The position numbers and the translations under genes were made by a program. Below, piece after piece: positions 19,413-29,249 of a DNA stretch of 64,000 nt. The DNA is from an uncultured Chthonomonadaceae bacterium (GTDB lineage Bacteria > Armatimonadota > Chthonomonadetes > Chthonomonadales > Chthonomonadaceae). Positions within the stretch are counted from its first letter, which is position 1. Each line of letters begins with the position of its first letter. The notes under the pieces are model-generated. The model did no database searches. It saw only the letters and a program-made list of their open reading frames with translations, and had not been told where the DNA came from. Where the stretch lies: positions 96,001 through 160,000 of the forward strand of contig CAWIEK010000037.1 in the NCBI GenBank assembly GCA_963835065.1. Reading direction: 5' to 3'.

Positions 19413-22119
19413 ATGGGAGAAGGGCGGCAGCATATGGAAAGCGGCAAAGAAGTTGAGTGGCAGGCAGAGTGGATTTGGGGCGGTCAAGCAGTGGGGGAGG
19501 GGAGTAGTGAGTCGGGTAATCTGGAGAATAGCGGGTTGGCTATGGAAGCAGACGCGCCGCGCTATTACTATTTTCGCAAGACGTTTGCGCTTGCCGGGGA
19601 ACTGGAAAAGGCTGTCCTTCGCGCCTGCGCCGACTCACGGTATCGCCTGTGGCTGAACGGGCGGCTGGTGGGACATGGCCCCGCGCGCAGCGACCCTTCC
19701 TACCAATACTACGATGTGTATGATGTGGAAGCGCATTTGCGACCCGGTGAAAATACGATTGCGGTACTCGCCACGCATTACGGCATTGGGACGTGCTTTT
19801 CACGAGTCGGCAAACCGGGACTGCTGCTGCAACTGGAAGCGACGCAGGCGGATGGCGCGGTTCTGACTGTCGGCACAGGGCAGGATTGGAAATGCGCGCC
19901 CGCTCCCTATCTCAGCGGCTTTCCGCGCATGAGCATACAGCTTGCCTGGCCGGAAGTGTTCGATGCCCGCAACGAACCCGTCAGTTGGAACCTGCCCGGT
20001 TACAACGATTCGGAATGGAGTAATGCCGCATTGATCGGGCCGGTTGGAACGCCCCCCTGGACAACGCTCGTACCCCGCGATATTCCCCTGCCGTTTTATC
20101 GCGCGGTTGCTGACCTGCGCACTGTGCAGGTGAATGTGGTTGAAAAGGGGGAAGAAAAGGAGAACTCAGCAGAAAGCTGAATTGATGATCCGCTGATTGA
20201 TGATTCTCTTACGCCGGTAGACGACTATCAACTATCAACTATCAACTATCAACTCGCCTCTCCTGCCGAAGACATGGAGCGGGCGACGCGATTGCAGCCT
20301 GCGCCGGCGGGCAGTATAACGTATCGGCATCCGGCGCTGTTTACGGTTGCGGCGCAAAGTGGGGGATCGGGGCGTGTCTGTCGTGCTGGATTTTGGGCGG
20401 GAAGTGAGCGGGTTTCCCCTGCTTGTCGTTCGGAAGAGCGGCGGCGGGCGAGTGGACATTGGGTACAGCGAACGGATTGAAACGGACGGCACGGTCAATC
20501 CCAATCGGTGGGGCGGCTGCGACGTGCATTATGCGGATAGACTGCTGTTGCGCAGCGGGCATCAAACGTGGGAGGCGTTGGATCATCGCGCTTTTCGCTA
20601 CATGCGCCTAGACTTTTACGACACGCCGGAACCTGTGGAAATGCTGGTCGAAATGCGCTTGAGCGGCTACCCGGTGGAAACAAGGGGCGATTTTCAGTGT
20701 TCGGACGCCCTGCTTCAAAGAATCTGGGAAGTGGGCCGGTACACAACGGAATTGTGCATGGACGATGGCTTTATGGACTGCCCCTGGCGCGAACGGGGGC
20801 AATGGCTGGGAGATGCGCGAGTGGAAGCGCTTGTCGCCGCGTATGCGTTTGGCGATACAAGGCTGGCGCGAAAAGCCCTCCTGCAATACCCGCAGTCACA
20901 GGAGGAAACGGGCTGGTTTCGGGGCGTGTTTCCGGCTGATCCGCCCTTCGATTCGATTTTGCCGACGTTCTGCATGATCTGGCCCGTCGCGCTGTGGGAC
21001 TATTTTCTCCTTTCGGAAGACCGCAGCCTGCTGGAAACCGTGTGGCCGAATGTGGAGCGGCTTATCGCGGCCATTGAGCGCCATTTGGACGAGGATGGCT
21101 TGATTGCCGATTTGCCGGGTTGGGTGTTTGTGGATTGGGCGAATGTGAACACCAAAGGACAATCCACCGCCGTCAACGCAATGGCTTACGATGCCCTGAA
21201 CCATGCCGCCAAAATTGCCCGCGCGCTCGGCTACCCGGAAAAAGGCAGCCAGTGGCAGATAGCCGCGCATGACCTCCGCGAAGCGGTGAATGATCTAATG
21301 TGGGATCGAAAGCGAAGTCTGTACATTGATGGAATTGTGGAGGGAAAGCCGATAACAGCCGTCAGCGAACAGGCGAATGTTCTGTGCGCGCTGACGGGCA
21401 TGGTTCCCACAGAGGAAACCGCAAACATTCTGCGCTTTCTGGAACGCCTCAATACGGCGGACACAAGTACACCGATTGATGACACGTCGGCAGCGAACAG
21501 CGCTGTTCAGATTGCGACGCCGTACTTTGCGTTTTACCTGCTCAGTCTGCTGTACCGCGAAGGCAAGTCACAGGCGGCCCTCGATTACATGCGGCAGCGT
21601 TGGAGCCGTATGTTGGAGGCGGGCGCGACCACGTTTTGGGAGCAGTGGGAACCGCATTGGAGCCTGTGTCACGCTTGGAGCGCGGCCCCGACCTATTTCC
21701 TCATGGCCTACGTTGCAGGCATAAGTCCCACGCAGCCCGGCTTTGAAGAGTTCAACATCCATTTGGAACCGTTGACACTGACCTGGCTGCGCTGCACCGT
21801 TCCCACGCCACGCGGCGACATCGAACTGTCGTACCACAATCGTCAGCCGCGTCCCATTACCGACCCAATGGGCAATTCCATTCCCACCGTTGCCGCAACT
21901 CCCGCCATAACCGTAAATCTGACGGTTCCCACCGGCACACGCGCTCACGTTCGCCTGCCATTAGGGGCAATTTCAGAGCCGACCATCACGCTCAACGGCA
22001 AAATCATCTGGGAAAATGGAAAAGCGATTGCCCCAAGCGGCGACAAATTCATCCGTGAAGGAGATTACGTTGCGTTTGCGATTATCGGCGGGCGCTACCA
22101 TGTTGAGATAGGGGAGTAG
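19413..22119 (+). CDS. Alpha-L-rhamnosidase (GH78), split by in-frame TGA 20178 and a frameshift at G5 20361-20365
   Basis: AEWIW, FRKTF, ADSRYRLWLNG, LDFGREVSG, DCPWRERGQWLGD, GATTFWE, SLCHAWS. Confidence 0.85.
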
Positions 22120-22135
22120 GGTTTTAGTACGACTC

Positions 22136-22522
22136 CTATTTTTTACCGCCGGAACCGCCTGCCGCGACGACCATGACGCCGACAATGATAATCAGTGTGC
22201 CGATCCAGCGGGCGGGCTTGATGTCTTCATGCAGGTAGAATTTCGAGAGAAACGCGCCGAGCAGGTAGGAGGAAGCGGACAGGGGAAGCGCGAAACTTAA
22301 TTCCGTCAATCCGAGCGTGTAGACGTACAGGGCGACATAGCCCACCATCAACAGCCCGCCCGCGAGGACATGCCAATCGCCAAGAGCGACTTTAATTTGC
22401 ATCAGGACGCCTGCCTGTTCCTGATGCGTTTGTTTCATTCCTTTCGCTGCCAACGCTTCGCCAATACCGGCCAAAATTACAGCCATCAGCATAATGAAGA
22501 ACACCTGCCATTTTTCGGACAT
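22136..22522 (-). CDS. Small DMT/EamA-family membrane transporter
   Basis: Four TM helices, ELSFALPL..SY, LHE..RWIG motif. Confidence 0.8.
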   Translation of the reverse strand: MSEKWQVFFIMLMAVILAGIGEALAAKGMKQTHQEQAGVLMQIKVALGDWHVLAGGLLMVGYVALYVYTLGLTELSFALPLSASSYLLGAFLSKFYLHEDIKPARWIGTLIIIVGVMVVAAGGSGGKK

Positions 22523-22855
22523 TCCTACTCCTTTGCGGATACTCCTGTTCCATACGCGCAAACAGTGGGAAAGGTTAGAACCGGCGTCATAGGCAAACAA
22601 GTGCAGGCAGTTTGGTTTCCAACCCCAAAACTTCGCGGTATGCTGTATTATAGAGTAGGGCGGGTATGGGAATGTGACGGGAGTTTTTGCCTGAACAGCG
22701 AACATTACTGTTGCCACCTTCCGTAAAGTCCAACAATAGAATCAGTCAATGTGAGTGGCTTGCAGCCAACAAGATTGGCCCATACAATGGTTGTAATTGC
22801 GCCGGTTTGTTTTCATGGCAGGAACCCTGTGCCTGCCGGAGCGGGAAAGACGCGG

Positions 22856-24367
22856 ATGAACACTTCGGTTTTGTCCTTTCGGAAATTCTTTCGGAAACCT
22901 ATGCGAGTAAAAGCCTTCAGACCTTTCGGCTCGTCCGTTCGTACCTTTGCTTTGTTGGCATTGGGCGCAATCGCCTTTTGCCGCCCGGCATTTGCACACG
23001 CGCAGCAGGCGGATGGCGTCGGGACAAAAACAGGATCGGGTATCGGTGCGACTGTAAGTCCTGTTGCGCCCATTACTGCCGACGTGACGATTCCGCTGGA
23101 TGCCAAAATCGAACCGGGCTGCCTGCTGCGCGTGGAGGTTACGGACGAAGCGCAGTTGTCCGGCGAGTATGACGTGGACGCGCAGGGCGCAATCCATTTT
23201 ACCCTTGCGGACGAGCAGGGCAAGCACAAAGAAGAGTGGAGTGTAACGGTCGGGCAGAAAACCGCCGAAGAAGCGCGACTGCTGGTGACGGAAAGCCTGA
23301 AAACGTATCTGCGCAAGCCCGATGTGCATGTCATTCTGCTGAAAAGGCCGCGCCTGCGCGTGGAACTGGCGGGTTCGGGCTGCAAGCCGGGTGTTCTGGA
23401 ACTGCCGTTGGAGGCGCGTCTATCCGATATAATGTTCGCCTGCAAACAAAACGCGGATTATACGCATATCCTCTTGGTGCGCAAGTTGAAGTCGTCCGAC
23501 AAGCAAGAATCAGATAAGCAAGCAAAGGATAGACAAGACGCGGGCAAGCAAAATACGAACAAGCCAGGCACGGACACGCAAAATGCGGGAATGGCGTCGG
23601 CAAAGACCGTCGCCAACACCGAAGTCCCGACAGACGGAGAGCAAACGCCTGCCACTCGCGCCCTGACGGTCAATTTCGAGGATTATCAGCAGGGACAAAG
23701 CGGCGACGATCCGAAACTGGAAAACGGCGACAAAATTTATATTCAGATGAAGCCGCCCGGAGCGCCGGAACACGTGCTGCGCACCATTCGAGTCGTCGGG
23801 GAAGTCGGACGCGAGGTGGATATTCCGCTTTCCAAAGGCATGACGGTCAAAGACGCGCTTGAAAGGGCGGGCGGGCTGAAAGACACGGCGGACCCCAACA
23901 ACATTCGCCTGCACCGGGGCGAAAGCGGCAAGGATTACGAACTGAAAGCGGCGGGCATTCTGGACGAGGACGCGGCGGTAAACATGGTGCTGGAGCCGGG
24001 AGATTACCTGATCGCGTACAAGCGCGACCTGAGTATGCGCTGGGGCATTGATGGCGAAGTGATGGCCGGGAATGTGTTTCCCTACGTGCCGGGTTTCAAA
24101 ATGACGATTACGCATGCCGTAAGTGTGGCCGGTGGCCTGACCAAAAGAGCGGAACACCATCGGGGTATTCTGCGTAAAGGCTATCTCCTCAATCCGACAA
24201 AAACGCGCGACATTATCTTCGACTACGACGCGATTAAAAATAAGAAACAGCAGGACTTTGAAGTGGAAGCGGGGGATGTGGTCGTGATTTTGCAGCGCCA
24301 GCACCGCCCGACCATCTGGCAAAAACTGCTTCCCCTCGCGTTGAAGTTCCTGCCGTTGCCGATATGA
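22856..24367 (+). CDS. Polysaccharide export Wza-like protein with SLBB domains
   Basis: Signal peptide; LSGEYDVDAQGAI, YLRKPDVHV, LENGDKI, VVGEV..ALERAGG, AGGLTKRA. Confidence 0.75.
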   Translation: MNTSVLSFRKFFRKPMRVKAFRPFGSSVRTFALLALGAIAFCRPAFAHAQQADGVGTKTGSGIGATVSPVAPITADVTIPLDAKIEPGCLLRVEVTDEAQLSGEYDVDAQGAIHFTLADEQGKHKEEWSVTVGQKTAEEARLLVTESLKTYLRKPDVHVILLKRPRLRVELAGSGCKPGVLELPLEARLSDIMFACKQNADYTHILLVRKLKSSDKQESDKQAKDRQDAGKQNTNKPGTDTQNAGMASAKTVANTEVPTDGEQTPATRALTVNFEDYQQGQSGDDPKLENGDKIYIQMKPPGAPEHVLRTIRVVGEVGREVDIPLSKGMTVKDALERAGGLKDTADPNNIRLHRGESGKDYELKAAGILDEDAAVNMVLEPGDYLIAYKRDLSMRWGIDGEVMAGNVFPYVPGFKMTITHAVSVAGGLTKRAEHHRGILRKGYLLNPTKTRDIIFDYDAIKNKKQQDFEVEAGDVVVILQRQHRPTIWQKLLPLALKFLPLPI

Positions 24368-24372
24368 AATGA

Positions 24373-24576
24373 ACCACCCGCTGCGCTAGAGACACAGAGA
24401 CACAGAGGAAAAACCAATACGAGAAAAACAAAAGAGAACAAGGAGAAGAAAAGGAACCGCAAAGAGGCAAAAGAAGCAAAGGGGCTTGTTCTCTTCTTTT
24501 CTCCTTTTCTTCTTTTCTTCTTTTCTTCCTCTGTGTTCCCTCTCTGTGTCTCTGTGTCTCTAGCGAAGCGGGTGGT
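24373..24576. repeat. MITE-like element with 35-bp inverted ends (GACACAGA octamers) around purine then pyrimidine tracts
   Basis: 24373-24407 versus 24542-24576 are reverse complements with 1 mismatch. Confidence 0.85.
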
Positions 24577-24648
24577 GAAATCTTTTATGGCATTGGATTG
24601 TCAAGGTAGGGTAGATGATTTTGGTTGATTTAGATGGGATGGGATGGG

Positions 24649-26685
24649 ATGAGCGAGATTTACGATGTATTGGTGATTGGGGCAGGACATGCGGGGTGCG
24701 AGGCGGCTTTGGCGGCAGCGCGTATGGGCTGCCGCACGGCAATTGCCACCCTGAACTTTGAGCGGATCGGGCATTTGCCGTGCAACTGTTCCATTGGCGG
24801 GCCGGCGAAGGGGCATCTGGCGCGCGAAGTGGACGCCCTGGGCGGCGAAATGGGTATAAACACCGACAAGACGCTGACGCACATTCGCTACGTCGGCACG
24901 GGCAAAGGTCCTGCCGTGCAAACGCTCCGCGCCCACGCCGACAAAGAGTTGTACCCGCAAGCCATGCGAGCCGTGCTGGAAACCACGCTCAACCTGACGA
25001 TGCTGCAAGTGGGCGTGGAAGACCTTGTTACAGAGGGTGTCGGGTGTCGGGTGTCGGGTGTTGGGAGTACCACTGCTAATCTGATTGAGGCAGCGAATTC
25101 GAGTTTGGAAAGTAACGCTCATCTATTGCCCGACACCCGACACCCAACACCCGACACCCGCATCACCGGTGTTCGTCTCGCCGATGGAACCGAGATTGCG
25201 GCGAAAACGGTGGTGGTGACGACGGGCACGTTTTTGAACGGGCTGATGCACTGTGGGGAAACGCAGACGGCGGGCGGGCGCGTGGGGGAAGCGCATAGCG
25301 TAGGGCTGTCGGGCGCGTTGCGGCGGCTGGGGTTCCGGTTGGGACGGTTCAAGACGGGCACGACGCCGCGCATCAGTCGGCGCTCGGTGGATTTCGCGCA
25401 GACGATGGCACAGGAGTCGGAGGATTGCGCGCCGTTTTCATTTGTGAACGCAACGCTGAATGTGGGGCGTCCGCTGCTGCCAAGCTGGCAAACGCAGACC
25501 AACACCTAGACGCACGACATTATACGCGCCAATCTGGAGCGGTCCGCGATGTACGGCGGCAGGATTCAGGGGATTGGGCCGCGCTATTGTCCAAGTATTG
25601 AGGATAAGGTTGTACGCTTTGCCGACAAGGACTCGCATCCCGTGTTTTTGGAGCAGGAAACATGGGACGGCGACTCGCTGTACGTGCAGGGTACGAGTAC
25701 AAGTTTGCCTGCTGAGGTTCAGATCGCGTTTTTGCGGACATTGCCCGGTTTGGAGCAGGTGGAAATGCTGCGTCCCGGCTACGCGGTTGAGTACGACATG
25801 GTGTTTCCTGACCAACTGCATCCGACGCTGGAAACCAAAACGGTGCGCGGGCTGTTTCTCGCCGGGCAGATAAACGGCACGAGCGGGTATGAGGAAGCCG
25901 CTGCGCAGGGCATCGTGGCGGGTATCAACGCGGGCTTGCAGGCGCAAAATCGCCCGCCCCTCGTTTTGGAGCGGCAGGGCAGTTACATCGGCGTCCTGAT
26001 AGACGATCTGGTGACGAAGGGTGTTTCGGACCCCTACCGGATGCTCACGTCGCGGGCGGAATACCGGCTGATATTGCGCCATGACAACGCCGACCTGCGC
26101 CTGACGCCGATTGGACGAGAAGCGGGCGTGGTGTCGGAGGAGCGTTGGGCGAAGTTTACGGCGAAGCGGGAAGCGATAGAAGGGGAGCGGAAGCGGTTCG
26201 CGTCTACGTTCGTGTGGCCCCGGGATAGCGCGCGGCTGGAAGCGCTTGGCACAACCGGGCTGGGCGAAAACAAAATCGCCCTCCTGACCTTGCTGAAGCG
26301 GCCTGAACTGGCGTATGCGCAGTTGGCGCAGTTGGCGCGGGAACTCGACTCGGCCAATGTTCCCGGCGCGGACGTAACCCGCGCGGTTGGCGAACAGGTG
26401 GAGCTGCAGGTCAAATACGAGGGCTACATTCAGCGGCAGGAGATACAGGTGGAGCAGGCGTCGAAAATGGAGGCGGTAGAAATCCCCGACGATATGGATT
26501 ATGCCGTTCTGCGTTCGCTGTCACACGAGGGGCGGGAGAAATTGGGCCGCATCCGTCCGCGCTCACTGGGGCAGGCAGGGCGTATTCCCGGCCTGCGTCC
26601 CGGCGATATTCAGGTGTTGTCCATCCATCTGGAGCAGCGGCGGAGAGCAGGCAACAAGGAGAGTCTCCATCCGTTCGCCTCTTGA
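24649..26685 (+). CDS. mnmG: tRNA uridine 5-carboxymethylaminomethyl modification enzyme MnmG/GidA, with in-frame TAG at 25507 and a repeat-derived insertion
   Basis: [66 protein letters not shown]; both halves are in the same frame. Confidence 0.95.
25035..25160. repeat. In-frame inverted heptamer doublet (GGGTGTC)n ... (CCGACAC)n inside mnmG
   Basis: Encodes [10 protein letters not shown]...[10 protein letters not shown] between VEDLVTE and RITGVRL. Confidence 0.9.
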
Positions 26686-27259
26686 TCAAGAAATACTTTG
26701 AATTTTCTTTGCAGAAAATATTTTGAATTTTCTTTGCGGTATGGCAAAAACGTTGCAACCGATTTGCGTCAGACTGCGTACACTGATGATGAAGATGCTA
26801 AGGCCGTTGTTTGGCCTGCAATTCTGCCGGTTTCATCCGCTCCCGTTTCCACCATTAGGCACAGCGCGAACATCGCTTTCCGTAGTCGCGGAAAGCGCGC
26901 GCTTCCCCTGAGAAAGGCTTGTTTGTCCGAGAATGGTTCGACGTTTCGCGTCGCGCTGTGATCGTCTGGCGTTTCTGACGCCATCGCTCCCATGCCCTGT
27001 TTGTTGCCGTTGTCTTTACAACTGTTGTGTTGCCTCTCGCGCTTCTTCCGCCTGTCGGAAGGAAGCGGCTTTTCACTCCGGCCTCAAAGCCTATCTGCGT
27101 TCCGGTTTGTCAACTGCGTCCACATACCCGCGCCCACTCGCGCCCGATCCGCCCTGGCGGCAAGGCAGCGCGATGGCGGCGCTTCGCCACGCCTGATTGT
27201 TCCTGTTTCCCAAACATAGACGTACTGTCTTAATTGCAATACGGTTCAAGTAAGAGTGA

Positions 27260-27325
27260 GTAGGGGCACAACATGTTGTGCCCACCGGGAGAGGTGAGTC
27301 AGGACACAACATGTTGTGTTCCTAC
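27260..27325. repeat. GTAG-type REP doublet (GTAGGGGCACAACATGTTGTGCCC ... CCTAC)
   Basis: Two CACAACATGTTGTG palindromes with GTAG/CTAC ends; related copy at 35121. Confidence 0.8.
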
Positions 27326-27418
27326 AACGTCCCAGTTGAGATTATCTGGACTTGTTTGAACGGTATTGGTCTTGATTTCCTGTGATTGCGCTTGTCCCCT
27401 GAAGGAGGATAGCCGAAA

Positions 27419-29249
27419 ATGGAACGCAGTTTGTATTTGAGCGCGTTGGCGATGGGCCTGGTGGCGTGGGTATGCAGCCTGCTGCTGGCTCCACGTCGGA
27501 AAGCAAAACTGGCGGACGTACTTGGAGGATGGACGCCGGCAACGTATCGTTTTGCGGCAGGTTGGATTCCTCTGCTTGCGCTCTTGGCTTCGATTCCAAT
27601 GAAAACACCATTTGCCGGAGGGCATGGGTTGGGACTTGGTTTGCTGCTGGGGGCTGTTGGCGCTTGCCTGACAATGTTGACGCTCGCGCACGGATGGAGC
27701 GATGCACAGGACGCAGAAGGCGGAGACGCGCCTAACATGGTGGCTTGCGTGGCTCCGTTTGCGCTGGCAGTGGTGACAGTAGCGATACCCCTGCTGTGGA
27801 TGCGGAATGTCGTTGTGGATGCGCTGCTCGGCGTAGCCCTGGGCTGGCTGACGTCCACGCTCCTGCTGTTGGCGGGACTTAATGCCGCGCGAAGCGCAGG
27901 CCGTCTGCTCGGACTGACGCTGACGGCGGGAACCGGGTTTACAGCAACCCTATGCGCGCTTGGCGCAATCGGGGAGTTGGGCGGCAACGTGCGCGTCGGA
28001 AGCGGCTTTATCGGCGTCCCGTGGAGCGCGCCCCTGTTGCTGCTGGCGGCCTTCATGGTTTTTGTACTGCTGTTGTGCGCCCTTCCCCCTTCGCTGCTGC
28101 GCCAACTGCCCGGCGCAAATCTGCTGCTGCGGGCTTCCTCTTCTCTAAAGAGTGAATCGGCGCGACAGATAGCGCCTAATATAGCGCGCTGGCTTGTCGG
28201 CGGACTGCTGTTCGTGGGGTTGGGAACGCAATTCGGGCATCGCCTCTGGGGGCAGCCCAACATATTTCGACTGATCGGAATGGGCGTCCTTGCAAGCGGG
28301 CTGGCGTGGTGGATGCTTGCCGGACAATTGCGAACGGCGTCAAATGGATATGGGAACGGCAACGGAAATTGGCCGCGCATGGCCTTGCCCGTGCTGGTGA
28401 TGATGGCGGCGGGCATGGTGGCATTTCAAATGCTGTCCGGCGTCGGGTTCGCCATCATGCTGCTCGGCGCGTGGCTGACAATGGGGATCGCGCTCACAGG
28501 CGCGCAGCAAAGCGAACCACAATTGGATATGGACGGTAACGCTCGCGTATCCGCCCTCTCGATCTCTTCCGAACTCCTGCGCGTCCTGCTGTTCGGAACC
28601 GTGTTGCTGCTGTACCGCCTCTATCAAGTCCGTTACCATAACGACCTGCAAAACGTCCTGCTTCCCGACCATTACGCCCTGCTCGGCTTCATCGTCGGCG
28701 CGGCAGTCCCGGCGGCGCTGGCGCAAGTACCAGGGGTCAGGGAGAGAGAAGAGAGAGGGAGAAAAGGAGAGGGGGAGACAAGGAAAAGAGAAGACAGAAG
28801 ACGAGCATCCATCCATCGAAAATCCTTCATCCTTCATCAAATTGCCCAACACCCTCCTGCCTATGCTCATCGCGGGCGTCCTGCTGCTGTTCGTGCCCGC
28901 TGTGCTGCTGATGCTGTTTGGAACCAAGTGTTTGCTGTGCCTGTTCTTCGGGCTTGCGTTGGCTGCGGTCATTGGCGAGGGTTCGCATAATAACCGGCTG
29001 GACGCAGACTTGGACGGAGCGCGGCCTGTGCCGGGGGAATGGCTGACGGGCTTGTTCGCGCTTGGTATCGGGCTTGCGGTAGCGCAATGGACAGCGCACA
29101 TACTGCCCGTCACCCTGATGGCGCGAACCGACAAGACACGCCTGCTCACCTACCTGACCGGAACCGTCGCCGTCCTGCTGTTCGTCACCGCCCTAATTGG
29201 ACGCCTGCGCTCCTCGACTGCGCCCGTACAGAAGGGAGGCGCGCGATGA
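27419..29249 (+). CDS. Large multi-pass membrane protein, frameshifted within a purine-rich insert (about 28740-28840)
   Basis: GAAGGAGG RBS; many TM helices; hydrophobic sequence resumes in the 28842-29249 frame, whose stop overlaps the next ATG. Confidence 0.7.

Noticed and set aside
25507..25509. Stop-codon recoding (amber readthrough) in mnmG; likewise TGA at 20178
   Set aside because: TAG and TGA end many genes normally in this window, the positions are not catalytic, and other single-base errors are frequent.
26760..27233. Several overlapping short ORFs as leader peptides
   Set aside because: No RBS or motif lets me choose a frame.
26690..27250. Replication origin next to mnmG
   Set aside because: I saw no cluster of DnaA boxes and no dnaA or parAB context.
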